A stretch of 64,000 nucleotides of DNA from Podarcis pityusensis. Its lineage: Eukaryota. The stretch lies in assembly GCA_964106645.2 (NCBI GenBank), contig OZ067040.1, one strand, 5' to 3'. Each line of letters starts with the position of its first letter. Positions within the stretch are counted from its first letter, which is position 1. This document shows, in pieces, positions 1 to 12,560 of the stretch. The notes beneath the pieces were generated by a model that saw only the letters and a list, made by a program, of their open reading frames with translations, had not been told where the DNA came from and ran no database searches. A program made the translations under genes and the position numbers.

Positions 1-458
1 GAATCTGAAGGGATGCAATGTGCCTGATGATATCACATGGAACTGAATCTCACAACTGCAGTGCCACCACCAAAAAGGCTCTGTTCCAAGCAAACACCTG
101 CCTTGTGCAGGCCTGGCTGCTACAAACTTGATGCAGCCTTGTAGACCTGCAGGAATCTGAATCAATTTTCCATATATCATAAAATGTTAAATTTTAGGCC
201 CTGTTTATGTAGTTTTCAAAACCGCCATGATGACTTGGTCTGTAACTCAGACACAAGAATGACAAAAACTTAAATAACTCACAGAAACAGAACACAGCTA
301 CAACTTCACCTGCCTAGATAAACTGCAAACTATTAATTATAAATTTTGCTTAGGGTATTAGTATCCCAGTGCAAAAAAAATGTAAAAATCTGAAGAATCC
401 CAGGTAAAATATATTTCTGGGTTTTTGATCATTGTCTCCCTAAGAGACTAAATGACTA

Positions 459-673
459 CAGTGGTACCTCGGGTTAAGAACTTAATTCATTCTGGAGGTA
501 CATTCTTAACCTGAAACTGTTCTTAACCTGAAACGCCACTTTAGCTAATGGGGCCTCCCACTGCCGCCGAGCGATTTCTGTTCTCATCCTGAAGCAAAGT
601 TCTTAACCCGAGGTACTATTTCTGGGTTAGTGGAGTCTGTAATCTGAAGCATCTGTAACCCGAGGTACCACTG
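459..673. mobile_element. Tc1/mariner (Tigger-like) MITE
   Basis: TIR CAGTGGTACCTCGGGTTA...TAACCCGAGGTACCACTG with TA target-site duplication; second copy at 3668-3891. Confidence 0.9.
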
Positions 674-2249
674 TACTGGGCAATAAACCAACTATGGTTG
701 GTGTTTTTAATGTGACATGTATTTTCCTTCCTGACTGATATGCAGTCTTGTTAATTTTCTTCATCATGATGGAAATACACTGATGCTGGATTGTTTTGTA
801 TGAGGCAGCCCACCTCAGGTGGCGAAAGTGCAAGAGGCGGCTCCACCTGCCCCACCAGAATGCTTCCTTTTTCTGAATATTGGCAAGAGGTGGGCATTCT
901 AGTGCATGGCACTGCTGCTGGACGAACATTAACGCCTTATGGAACGCCCTATCTCTCGCTGTGTCTGGCAAGAGGGAAGGCTTTCCAGGGAACAGCAGTG
1001 GTGGTGTTGGGGCAGTCAGAAGTGGTGTTGGGGCAGTCAAGTGCTGGCTGGGGGGTCAAGCGCAGCACAAGTTAATTGTCGATGTGCTCACAGCCCAAGT
1101 AACCCTGTATATATGAATATGAATACTCACAACAGGGAAGTCGGGCATTCATGGAACTGCCTTTTCAAAGGCTGCATCTTGGTCTGAGTCTTGCACATGC
1201 TTCATTTTGTACCCTGGAAGATCCCTATAGTATTCAGAGAATACTTACAGTGACATCACTGTGGTTCACACAGTTATGTTAAGTTTGGCATGCCCATAAA
1301 TCTCTTGCAAGATCAGGAGGCTTATGTTCTTCGGGTATAATTGAGCACAGGCTCTGTTCTGTATATTTTACAGCTACCCACATTAAAACAAAGATGAAAG
1401 TATCCCCGAAAGACCCCTTTCTTGCCCGACGAAGTACGCCACACCTAAAGGCACTAACAAGAATCATGTTTGAAAACTGCTCAGAAGTGGTTTGCTGTTG
1501 GGAAAGTGCAGGGAGGGGAACTCTTCAAAAACCCTTGCGTTTCATGGCCGTGTTTCCTTTTTAAAGAAAACGTATAACTCCACAAACCCTCTGTCCAAAA
1601 TACACACAGCACTGTTTCCAGTCAACATTCCCACCTATGGCAAGTACCAAAAAAAAAAAAAAAAAAAAAAAGCAACAAAAATTGATAAGGGTCTCCAATT
1701 ATTGCATTCTTAACAGACATATCCCAGGACACCTTTTAAACAGACATTCCTGAAATCGAAGGCAGAACTGAGGGATGAATGGAAGTCTACAACAAAGAGG
1801 CTTGGGAGGCCAAGTGACTTGGAAAAGCCACACAGTTCATGCCAGTGGCTACATTCCTAAAGAGGACAAAGCCACACAAAAGGTCTGGGAGCTGCAGAGA
1901 TCAAAACTCTCAGCCAGAAAAACCAGAGCAAAAGGAAGGAATAAACGAAACCACAGAGCAGAGGGCTGTTGTGTGTGTCTGTGTGTGTGTGTGTGTGTGT
2001 GTGTTTTCCTCCAGTGAAACTTCTCCAACAGTGCAGCCGTCAATGAAATCAAAAACCTCCATCGAGGTCACCTTTTTTTAAAGGAAATCAAGAAAGGCTG
2101 GGATCGGGTGGCTTGGATCCTTCCCGTATTCCCTGGAGCTTCAAGATCTGCTCCGCTCCTTCCTACCACTTCTTCTGCATTACTGGGCTGCGGGGTCTCT
2201 ACACAAGGCGTCCAAACTTAAACTAAGCTTGTGGACCTCAGCCAAGATG

Positions 2250-3450
2250 CCTGTGTAGACAAAACACGAAAGGTGGCGGCGGCGCGGACAAAAGAGAAGT
2301 CTGCACGGCACCGGTAGCAAGAGACCCAGACCCGCCACGGGCTGCAGACAAAGGAGTGCGCTGGGGGCCGCAGCAGCCGTCGTGGTTCCTCCCCCCCCAC
2401 CCCCCAAAAAAGCCTCAGGTATCCTCCCCTCCCTGGGAGTCTTGCTCAAGCCCCGCGCGATAGACGTGGCTGTCCACAGGAGCCAACTCTCCCCCGGTAA
2501 AATAGTTGAGCCCCCCCCCAAAAAAGTTGCCATTCAAATAATTGGTGCGCGCGCCATGTCTTGGGATCGATGATGCGGGGCGGAGCTTTCCTCGCGCGTC
2601 CCCGCAATATTTTATTCCAGTTGCGCCCCCCCCTTTCTCTCAACCCCCCCCCCGCAACTTACAGGATGGTGGTCTGCGGCGACACGGCGGGGACGCTCTC
2701 GAGCATGAGGTGCATGCAGCGCACGGTGGTGCGGAAGCAGAGGCAGCGGCTGGGGCACCAAACGCTCCCCCTCGGCGGAGAAGGAGGCGGCGGCGGCGGC
2801 TGCTGCTGCTGCTGCGGGGAAGCGAGGGGCAGGAGGCTTCCGAGCAGGACGCCGAGGCAGAGCCCGGGGAAGGCAGCGCCCGCTCTGCGCCGGGCCATGC
2901 CGTCGAGCAAAAGCCGAGCGGAGGAAGGGGGGTGCGGGGAAAGAGAGAGAGAGAAGGGAAAAACAAGAAGGAAAGCAGGGCGAGGAGAGGTAGCCGAGGC
3001 AGCTCTCGGCTCTGCTGCCGCTGCTCTCGCTCCGGTGGTCGAGCCGGCGGCGGCGGGGGCTGCAAGAGGCGAGCCAGTCGCCAGCGCGCAGCCCGGAGGG
3101 GGAGGAGAAAGAGGGGACGGCGGCAGGAGGGGCCGCCTCAGCCAGCCAGCTCGCTTGAAAGCAGGCAGCAGCTTCGCCGCGCCAAGGCCGGGGCTTTCCC
3201 CTGCGCTCGTCCGCCTGGAGCAGCGCAATGGAGGGAGGAGGAGGAGGGGGCTTCTGGTGGCCTCTTCTTCCACCCCACCCCGGCGCCAGCGGTGGCAATG
3301 GCTGCTGGTTTTTTCCCGCCAGCTGCGAGGAGGGAGAAGAAAACCTCCCCTTATGGCCACCACACCTGGCGGAGGGAAACACAAAAGACCCCCACTTCCG
3401 GCAGGCGTAGTTCAGCTGTGGTCGGGATGGCGACAAAGAGCCTTCTTGCG
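2250..3450. promoter_or_regulatory. CpG island / PXDN promoter and 5'UTR
   Basis: Sharp rise in GC and CpG content over exon 1. ETS/GABPA-like CACTTCCGG at 3393-3401 and YY1-like GATGGCG at 3426-3432. Boundaries approximate. Confidence 0.85.
2663..2898 (-). CDS. PXDN: Peroxidasin, first coding exon (signal peptide + LRR N-terminal cap)
   Basis: ATG at 2898 gives [28 protein letters not shown]...[33 protein letters not shown], matching the peroxidasin LRRNT motif. Ends in a phase-2 donor CT|GTAAGT at 2663/2662. Lies in a CpG island; synteny with MYT1L fits. Confidence 0.96.
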
Positions 3451-3667
3451 GCCACTTATTTTACAGCACTAACCGCTCTGCAAATGGTTCCCAGTGTTGG
3501 TATTGACCTGTAAAGCTTTACAGGGCTCAGGGTCTCAATATTCTCTCCATACAAACCAGCCCAGGCCCTGCAATTGTTACCTGTCGTCCTTCGCTATGTC
3601 CCCCGCTCCCAGAGAGGTTCAGAGGGTGGCAAAGACATTCCTCTTTACCTATAGCTATTAAATAATA

Positions 3668-3891
3668 CAGTGGTTCCTCGGGTTAAGTACTTAATTCGTT
3701 CCGGACGTCCATTCTTAACCTGAAACTGTTCTTAACCTGAAGCACCACTTTAGCTAATGGGGCCTCCTGCTGCTGCCGCGCCGCTGGAGCAGTTTCTGTT
3801 CTCACCCTGAAGCAAAGTTCTTAACCTGAAGTACTATTTCTGGGTTAGCGGAGTCTGTAACCTGAAGCGGATGTAACCTGAGGTACCACTG
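3668..3891. mobile_element. Tc1/mariner (Tigger-like) MITE, same family as 459-673
   Basis: Same TIRs and internal sequence, TA TSD, same orientation. Confidence 0.9.
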
Positions 3892-4309
3892 TACGTGGCC
3901 TGAAAAGATGTAGGGGAGTGAACTCTTTACATATGATGATGATTAAGTTATTATTGGGCTGCCTGTCAGTATGCTTTTACTATGTTTTTATGGTTGATGT
4001 TTTGCAATGTGGTTTTCAATGTTGTACACTGCCCTGAGAGCTTTTGATAAATGGCAGAAAAAGTGGCATGGAATATAAAAGTGCTCCTCCCTCACATTTA
4101 ATCGTTTCTTTATGAAGTGGCAGCATTTGGGAGGCAGAGGGAGATGGCGATGGAAGAAGGGGTGTGTGTGAAAGCCATTTCTCCTGCTTCATTGGTCATG
4201 TCTGAACATATCTCCCTAGTTACATTTCAAATGGTCACGGAAGGAAAACCTTGCATATCTCTGTGGTCCCAGTAGGTGTGGGGTCATCTCTGTGTGCGGA
4301 TGGGCTATC

Positions 4310-4428
4310 GCTGCCTTTCTCAACCTTGGGTCCCCAGGTGTTGTTGGGCTACAACTCCCATCATCCCTGCTAGCTAGCGATGATGGGAATTGTAGTCTAG
4401 CAACATCAGAGGACTCAAGGTTGAGAAA
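4310..4428. mobile_element. Short palindromic hAT-like MITE
   Basis: ctttctcaaccttgggtcc...ggactcaaggttgagaaag inverted ends; internal ctacaactcccatcat/atgatgggaattgtag palindrome shared with 17488-17623. Confidence 0.7.
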
Positions 4429-4563
4429 GAAAGCTGTCCACAGAAAGCTGTCTGTGGACAAACGCCAGCACCCTCGGCCTGAAAGCGAGATGAGCACCGC
4501 AACCCCATAGCCGCCTTTGACTAGACTTGACCGGTCAGGGGTCATTTACCTTTTTTTTTACCT
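4429..4563 (+). mobile_element. Sauria SINE 3' fragment
   Basis: aagctgtctgtggacaaacg...gcgagatgagc...tttacctt tail, homologous to 18354-18671 and 43848-44159. Confidence 0.8.
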
Positions 4564-6809
4564 GCAGGCAGGGAGGGAAGTGCATGCTCCCACGTAAGAC
4601 CCAGTAAAGACACAAAGCACCAATGTTTGGGATCAAATAAGGCCACAACTTTTATTGATTACAGATGTAAGCTGGTTTTGGTGCAGGCATTGGGTGTGTA
4701 TCCTGAAATCAAGCAGCCACCGCCTGATGGATAGTAGCAGTAGACCACTGCCAGGGGTCACCAGCACATTATCTTGCAGGAATACAGAGTATTTTCCTTG
4801 ACTTAAGAGGGAGCTGCATCCATCTATCACCTTCAAAGTTACTCCCTGAGAGTATGATGTATTGGTGAGCGAGTGTGATTGATATTGAACAGTTATCTTG
4901 AAGTTAATTATGGCAAGGAATAGTCTTGGTTAGGACCTGATGCTGGAATTGTATTTTTAAACAGAGAAAAACTTCCACAAAACAGTGGCATGTTTTATTC
5001 TCTCACTGAAACTTACAGAATATAATTTGAAGCAGCTTGTTATCAGAACCAAAAGTATTTGTATCAAAAGCCAAATTAAGTGCACAATCACACACACACA
5101 AAGTTCAATACTATTTCTAGGTCAACATGAACTTTTTCTCCTGAGTGTTGTGTAATACCTTGAGGCGGCCAGTGTTAATGTTTATTTAAATGTACTGATA
5201 ATACTCCAAACGGATGTAATAGGAATGTCCAATTTGTGACATATTTATACTTTTAGTTTTAAACACATAATTTGCTGGCAACGGTCAAAGGGAAGCAAAC
5301 TTCTGCCAAAGTCAGAATGATGCATATTGTGTGCTAGGAAATCTTAAAAAGTAAAATAGAAAAAGAAAGAAAGACATAATTTACATCTGGAGCAGATTTT
5401 TGTTTATTTACCCTTTGCCTGAAACAGGATGTTCTGTGTCAATAAAGATTATGGGGTTATGGCAAAATGTTCTAGAGCAGGATTCTGATAACAACCAATG
5501 ATTCTAATATCCAATTAGCTGGGGGGGGGGTGTTGGCTTTTGGAGGAGTAGAAAACCTTCAACTGATTGCTTCTTCTGAAAGCCAACTATTTTCCAGGCA
5601 CTATTCAAGATGTATGTAGAGCAATTGGAAGATAAAGTCTAAGTTGGCTGAAGCTAAATCCAGAGGTGGAGGAGGTAGCCAAATCATGGCCAACAGAATT
5701 CTTACCAGTTATTACCTTGGCAGACCTCCTTCTGGAGACTTCCAAGAATGAAAGATGATTCTCTACTTTCTGGATAATCCAGACAGCACAACTTTGTTCC
5801 TTCCCAGCAGTACAATCAGAGGCAAGTCCTGCCAACGTTTGATTCTTCTGTACAGGAAATGGTGTGATAAATATGCTAGAACATTATCTAAAGAAAAACC
5901 AATGTTTTGATGTAACTATTTGAGCGGTAGCTCAGTAGGAAGAACAAAGATTACCAGGAGGAAAAGTGAAACACAAATGCACGACAAATATGAGCCTGAA
6001 TTGAACAACAATAATATATTTTGCAATGTGAGCAGCTGGGGAAAATATTTAGGTATTTCACATTATGGTCAATTTGCAATCAAAAGCAGGTTCACAACGT
6101 GAAAAAGGCTTGCATCACAAGTAAAACATCTTTCATGACTTGCCTCACAAAAATCTGGAATCAAATCAATATGGTGGTCCATTTTAGGCGAATTCTGGAT
6201 AAAAATGATGGGGTGTTACCTCAAGATGACTTGAAACCAGTGAAGTTGTGCTTATTTCTGGCAACTAAAGAACTATTCAGATTCTGGCTACAATTTCTGA
6301 TGTGCTTCCTTGCACACATTCCTGCTTTATCTTGTTTTTTGTCCAATACTGCCACTTGCTGGTTTTCTCGCCACACTGCTACCATCTTCAATTGGTTGCC
6401 CCATGAGTAGGAATGCAGTTTATGGAAGTTTTAATTTCACATGGTTATCATCACACAGCATAACATTCCAGAAGAAAACACATGGGGCGAATTTGCTTCA
6501 GGTTGGTCCTGGCAGCAAGCTGCATATATTTAAAGAATGCATAAAGCCCCGGGATTAATGTAACCAGCATTTTAAAATTCTCATTTCCCGATTTTCTTAT
6601 AAATTAACACAACAGTCATCTATGGATATTCTTTTGCTTTCTCTGTATAGTTATTTATAGAAAATTCTGGGTTCCACCCCCACCCCTTGGCAGAGAATAT
6701 TTTAAAAGAGAAGGGACCTCTTTTTTAAAAAAAATATCAATGAATGAATGGATATTTTTAACTCCAGTCTTCAAAAACAAGAAGCGGAGAGAGAGCGAGA
6801 GCGCACAAT

Positions 6810-7135
6810 TTGTTGGTCCTCATCTGCGGCCAGGCTGGGTTCAAGACATATGAAGTGATATACAGCTCAGGTCCAGTCTATGTTAAGAGATTGCCTTATG
6901 CTTTATACACTCAGCAGACCACTATGGTCTGTGGGAAAGTTTCTCTTGCAAAGTCCAAAGATCTCAGAACTCAGGGTAGGGCTTTTAGTTTGGCTGCCCC
7001 TGTTCTGTGGCATGGCGTTCCTGGCAAGATATACCAGGCACTCAGTCCCTGCACTTCCCAGAAACAATGGAAGACCATTTTTGTGCTCATAGGATTTCTC
7101 AGCTGGATAAACAGGTCTTTGCCATGGGTGTCTTA
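6810..7135 (+). mobile_element. Old L2 LINE 3' fragment
   Basis: Degenerate RAFSLAAPVLW motif, similar to the RAFSVVAP(T/A)LWN motif in the younger copies. Confidence 0.6.
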
Positions 7136-7788
7136 ATTTGTATTGTTTAATGTTTGCTTTAAATGCATTGGCTGGTTTTTGTTTGTTTTGTTTTTTGCTT
7201 TGTTTTGTGTTTAACTGTTCTTTGCTGTTTTTATCGTACATCATGTGTCAAAGGTGATTACTGAATTATTCATTCCTGAGGGATCTCTTGACACTTCAAA
7301 ACAAAAATCTACTGAGAACCGTGGTATTCTTATAGAAGTGTATTTTGCATTTTCATCATTTGCTATCATAGATGGTCAAGTCCCAGCTTTTGAAGCCTCA
7401 GTTGGAAAGCATGCAGAAAAAAAGATAGATGGATGGATAGATGGATAGATAGAGATATGTAACTGTATGTATGTGTGCATACATGTGCAAGGGGTAGTAA
7501 AATCAAAATATGGGAGGGGGGAACATGGGACATTGGGTGGAATAAACATCAGTGATGAGAACCTGAGCCCAGCATGGAAAGTTAAGTGTAAGTAGATAAG
7601 GTCCAGGTATTGAAATGATAAAACCTTGCACCTAACGGATATAGTTGTCAACAATTCTGAGTAAAGAGGAGCTATTAAAAATGTAGGTTCTGATAACTTC
7701 GGCTCTACTACTCCAGGTTGGTAGGTGTTTCTAAGAATGAGTCTGTTGAGAAATGAAGAATCTGGCTAGATAATGCAAAACTATATAT

Positions 7789-8121
7789 ATTGTATTTTTT
7801 GTGTGTATAAGACGGTGCTTTTTGCTTAAAAAAAAAAGGCCAAAATTGGTGTTATCTTATACACGGATAGTGAATGCAGAGCGGGAACGTGTGATTAATG
7901 GCAGCAGCAAGCAGGAGATGGGCAGCGGTGACTGGGTGGGTGATTGGTGGCTGCAGCAAGGCCTGCTGGCAATTGGCTGTGGCAACTGGGCAAGCGGTTG
8001 GTGGCTATGGCGAGCGGGCAGACAATTGGTGGCTGTGGCAAGTGACTGGCAGTGCTGGGCAGGAGGGTTAGCGATTGGCGGAAGTGACCTGCCTCACCCA
8101 CATCCTCACCCCCAAAAGCTA

Positions 8122-8158
<37 letters not shown>

Positions 8159-8654
8159 TATTATTTATACCCCACCCATCTGGCTGGGTTTCCCCCACCA
8201 CTCTGGGCGGCTTCCAACAAAATATTAAAATACAATAGTCTGTTAAACATTAAAAGCTTCCCTAAACAAGGCTGCCTTCAGATGTCTTCTAAAAGTCTGG
8301 TAGTTGTTTTTCTCTTTGACATCTGGTGGAGGGTGTTCCACAGGGTGGGCGCCACTACCGAGAAGGCCCTCTGCCTGGTTCCCTGTAGCTTTGCTTCTCG
8401 CAATGAGGGAACCACCAGAAGGCCCTCGGCATTGGTCCTCAGTGTCCGGGCAGAATGATGGGGGTGGAGATGCTCCTCCAGGTATACTGGACCGAGGCCA
8501 TTTAGGGCTTTAAAGGTCAGCACCAACACTTTGAATTGTGCTCGAAAACGTACTGGCAGCCAATGTAGGTCTTTCAAAAGTGGTGTCAACCTAATTTCTT
8601 AATTTTGGTGTTTTAAAAAATACATGGGGGTGTCTTATACACAGAAAGATATGG
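7789..8654. mobile_element. Tigger/pogo-like non-autonomous DNA element carrying a nested L2
   Basis: Left end tgtattttttgtgtgtataagacg and right end gtcttatacacagaaagatatgg are imperfect inverted repeats; a related left end occurs at ~14546. Confidence 0.6.
8121..8589 (-). mobile_element. L2 LINE 3' end (5'-truncated) with (ATT)n tail
   Basis: Translates to TPLLKDLHWLPVRFRAQFKVLVLTFKALNGLGP...RAFSVVAPTLWN, the typical L2 ORF2 C-terminus; microsatellite tail at 8121-8157. Confidence 0.9.
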
Positions 8655-8830
8655 GTGTGTGTGTGTGTGTATAGGATGAGAATTCAGTTATTAAAAAGGA
8701 GAAAGAAAGGTGCCACTGCAAAGTTTGGCTGAATATATGAGACTGCCAGTACCGTGGGTGAAATCAAGAAAGGTAACAATGGATTAGAGAACAGCTGTGC
8801 TACAAATGTGGCAACACGTTTGTTTGTTTG

Positions 8831-8852
8831 TTTATTTATTCATTTATTTATT
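8831..8852 (-). terminator. Candidate MYT1L polyadenylation signal cluster
   Basis: Four AATAAA hexamers on the minus strand, with TGTA about 40 nt upstream and GU-containing sequence downstream. They sit in an (AAAT)n repeat, so could be coincidental. Confidence 0.5.
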
Positions 8853-11220
8853 TAGAGTAAGATGTGTTCACATCCAGCATGACAAAATTTGTACAAATTT
8901 CACAATTTAAAAATGAAGTTATCACAGCAACTTGTGATTTCACACATTTATAGCAAAATTAAAATGTCAACAAACCCATGCCGTGTAGTACAAAAATAAA
9001 TCAAACCTCAGTTCCACAGAGAGCACAATAAGTAGTTTATACAAAATTCTGTCTTAATAAATGAGCACTTAAATCAAACTCAAGAAAAATGAACAATAAG
9101 TTAGAATAAATAAAACTCTGATGACTCACAATAATTTCAGATGAAAGGTCAGCATTCTAATATGTGACACTTTTTTGTGTGTGATCCCTATATAATAGTC
9201 ACAGATATCTTTTGATTTGATATTATGTACCAACATTAGATGAGCAGCGCGGATTTGTGCTTAAAATCCCTTTTTCCCATTGTACATAGGTGATAACGAT
9301 AAGAATCCAAAACTGATACTATCTATTACTCTACGGAAAGCATTACTATATTGGCAAAGAAGCGGCAGACACAATGCAGTGAAAAAAAATGCATATGCCC
9401 TTATGAACAATGAGAGCCCTAAAAGGAGGCTAGGGCAAAAAGTACAATATATATGGCAGAAGGTGAACGACAAGCACCTTGCTTCAGCTCTCAAAAAGGC
9501 AATTCTAAGCATGGCAGCTACAACTAATAGCACAACAGAAAAAGGAGGGCACTATACAGAAGAAGACACTGCAGAGCCCCAAAAGTAATTACATAATCTT
9601 CTCCCAGCTAGTTATTAAAGTCCTCGTGGAAAAACTGTAAGCTTTTTGTACAGTGAATAGTATAAAGTGCCGCTGGGATATACATATATTTATACATATA
9701 TATATATACCGAGGTTGAGTATTGTATCAGAATATTTGTTGTGAGATCCCTGTAGCAAATATTATTGGACGAGCCCACGTCGGCTTCCACTCTAATTTGT
9801 TCAAATTTAGTGTCACAAAGCGAATGACACACGAGATTGCACACCTCCGTATGGATATATAGGGCAAGGTAAGTGCAAATAGTCAACTGGCACATTGTGG
9901 GGACAATGACCCTGTAAGTCCTGTTCTGCTAAAAATATTTTATTTTATTTATTATTATTATTTTATTATTTTTTACAAAACCCATCTTTTTTATTTATTT
10001 TTTTCATAACAAAATTTTTCAAAGTACTTTTGTACTTTCTGCATAACATCAAGACATGGAAGGAAAAGATATGCTATCAAATCGAAATCAATTCAACATC
10101 CGACATACACGACACGCCATCTGAATTACTAATTTAAATGGGAGGGGGGGAAACAAAAAAATGCCGCAAGAAAAAGTGGTCTTATGCATACATATAGTGC
10201 AGTTATTTTGAAGAAATAACAATCAAATCTGAAAAGTACAATACGTCTTTTTTTTTTTTAGCTTGAAATGATGCAATTTAAAGCAAAAAGTGCCAAAGTA
10301 TATTTAGTTACATTAAATTTTCTGATTGCATTCATTCATTTATTTTTATTTATTTTTTGCAATAGGTAACAGTAGAACAAATAGATAGCATATGGAAATG
10401 CCACAGGAATAATGATTGTACGCCAAAAAATAAAAATAATAACCGTAACCCCAGAACCAAAACAGTAAAAAAAAGGGAACAAGGTAAAAAAAAACCAGGT
10501 TAACTGAACTGCATTCTATTTCCTACGCAGGGTAGCAATGAATCCAGGCCAGTAACTACTGTAAAGATAAAACTTAGGGGTTCATTCCCAAATTAAAAAC
10601 TTTTTTTTAATGGCAATATTTCTTTAAAACTATTGCCTTTGTATTAGGAAGGAAAGACTGAACTTCTGAAAGATGAACTACAATGCTGTAACAGATAACT
10701 CAGAGGGAAACTCTAGGAGTCCTGGAGAAACAGAGGATGTTGGCTCCAAAGTGTATTTGAAAAGAAAAGTTGATATCTTCATGTTGTCCACCTCTGATAG
10801 AGCTCCTGTCATTATGGAGGTTCCCATATTCATACCATGTAATGCTTAGAAGTTAATTAAAAAGTGCTGTTTAAGCTGCTTTGAATCTTCTCTCTCAAGT
10901 TTCCATGGCTTGATGTTGTCTTACAATAAATTACTCCTTTTACATCTCACATCTAATTCATGCCCTTTGCTTGGAATTAAAAACAAAAAAACAAAACAAA
11001 ACAAAAAAAACCTTCTTTTTATTGCCCCCCGCCACATACCATCCTCTGAAAACAAAAGTCACACAATATTTCAAGCATTGTTCAAAAATAAAGCATTTTT
11101 GGCAACCAAATCTTGCTATGAAACAATATGCACACAAAATGTAATTTCTTAAATCCCATAAAATCCTCCAGCAATGAGACAAAATGAGAGTGTCTAAAAA
11201 GTGGCCGCAGACTGCAACAT

Positions 11221-11364
11221 NNNNNNNNNNNNNNNNNNNNNNNNNNNNNNNNNNNNNNNNNNNNNNNNNNNNNNNNNNNNNNNNNNNNNNNNNNNNNNNN
11301 NNNNNNNNNNNNNNNNNNNNNNNNNNNNNNNNNNNNNNNNNNNNNNNNNNNNNNNNNNNNNNNN
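11221..11364. other. Sequence gap (144 N) inside the MYT1L 3'UTR
   Basis: Run of N. Confidence 1.
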
Positions 11365-11645
11365 CCAAAAATGTGCATACATTAGCAGCTATAAACATTA
11401 CATGGCATATCACACTATGTCAGCTTATATGAAAACGTACAAAATGTGAATGTATTCAAAAAACTATTCTGCAGTTACTATCTTTAAAGCAAGACATAAA
11501 ATTATCATGAAGTCTTGTAAGCATAACACTGTTTTAAACAGAAAGAAATATATAACACTTTCTGGTAAATTACAGCAGCAAAAAACAAGAGGCATCATTT
11601 TTTTTTTTTTAAAGGTAAGATTTTTTTCACCACTACAGCAGCTGC

Positions 11646-11786
<141 letters not shown>

Positions 11787-12110
11787 CTACGAGATATTAA
11801 ATAGTAGTTCATATACAACTTTTATTTGCTTAATGGTATATTCATTTATGCATAACAAACTATCACAGCACATTGACACCATTTTCTTAGCACATTAAAA
11901 AGGTCTAGTTTAGCGCTTACTTAATTTTTACAGGAGACATCGGAATTGGCCCACCGTGTCTTTTTTTTTTTTAGCAGTTAAATTTATCTCTATGGTTTCA
12001 GGGTTGATACCGCAAATCTCCATCGGGCTGAGGAGCCATAAATATAAAAACAAAAAGACATCTACTGTATGAGGTGAAGGAGACCGCCAAATTCCTTAAC
12101 TTGTGCCTCA

Positions 12111-12374
<264 letters not shown>

Positions 12375-12560
12375 CTATGAGCCAGTGCAGATCTACGGTA
12401 CTTGGAGGGTGAAGTGCATCTTTTGCTGTTCTATAGCTCATCCAACCTTCCAGAACAGATTTCAGGGAGCAAAAAATGCTCAGGAGGAAGGAAGAATCAG
12501 TGACATTCCTTTCCTGGCCTCTTCCTCTGGTCTGTGTTCTGTGTTCAGCGTTCCACTTAT

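Larger units (their letters stand above)
8815..11645 (-). other. MYT1L: MYT1L 3'UTR (approximate 3' end)
   Basis: AU-rich stretch free of recognisable transposons after the stop codon, running to an AATAAA cluster. The end point is inferred. Confidence 0.65.

Noticed and set aside
997-1043. Short tandem duplication gtggtgttggggcagtca (similar small duplications near 26385, 30683, 31880, 33760, 60790)
   Set aside because: Ordinary slippage duplications with no functional signal.
2542-3513. Several long overlapping ORFs (240-320 aa) on both strands, including an in-frame 5' extension of PXDN
   Set aside because: Expected stop-codon scarcity in a CpG island; low-complexity translations; only 2663-2898 matches a protein.
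9280-9588. 102-aa plus-strand ORF antisense to the MYT1L 3'UTR
   Set aside because: No recognisable domain, non-ATG start and no splice context.
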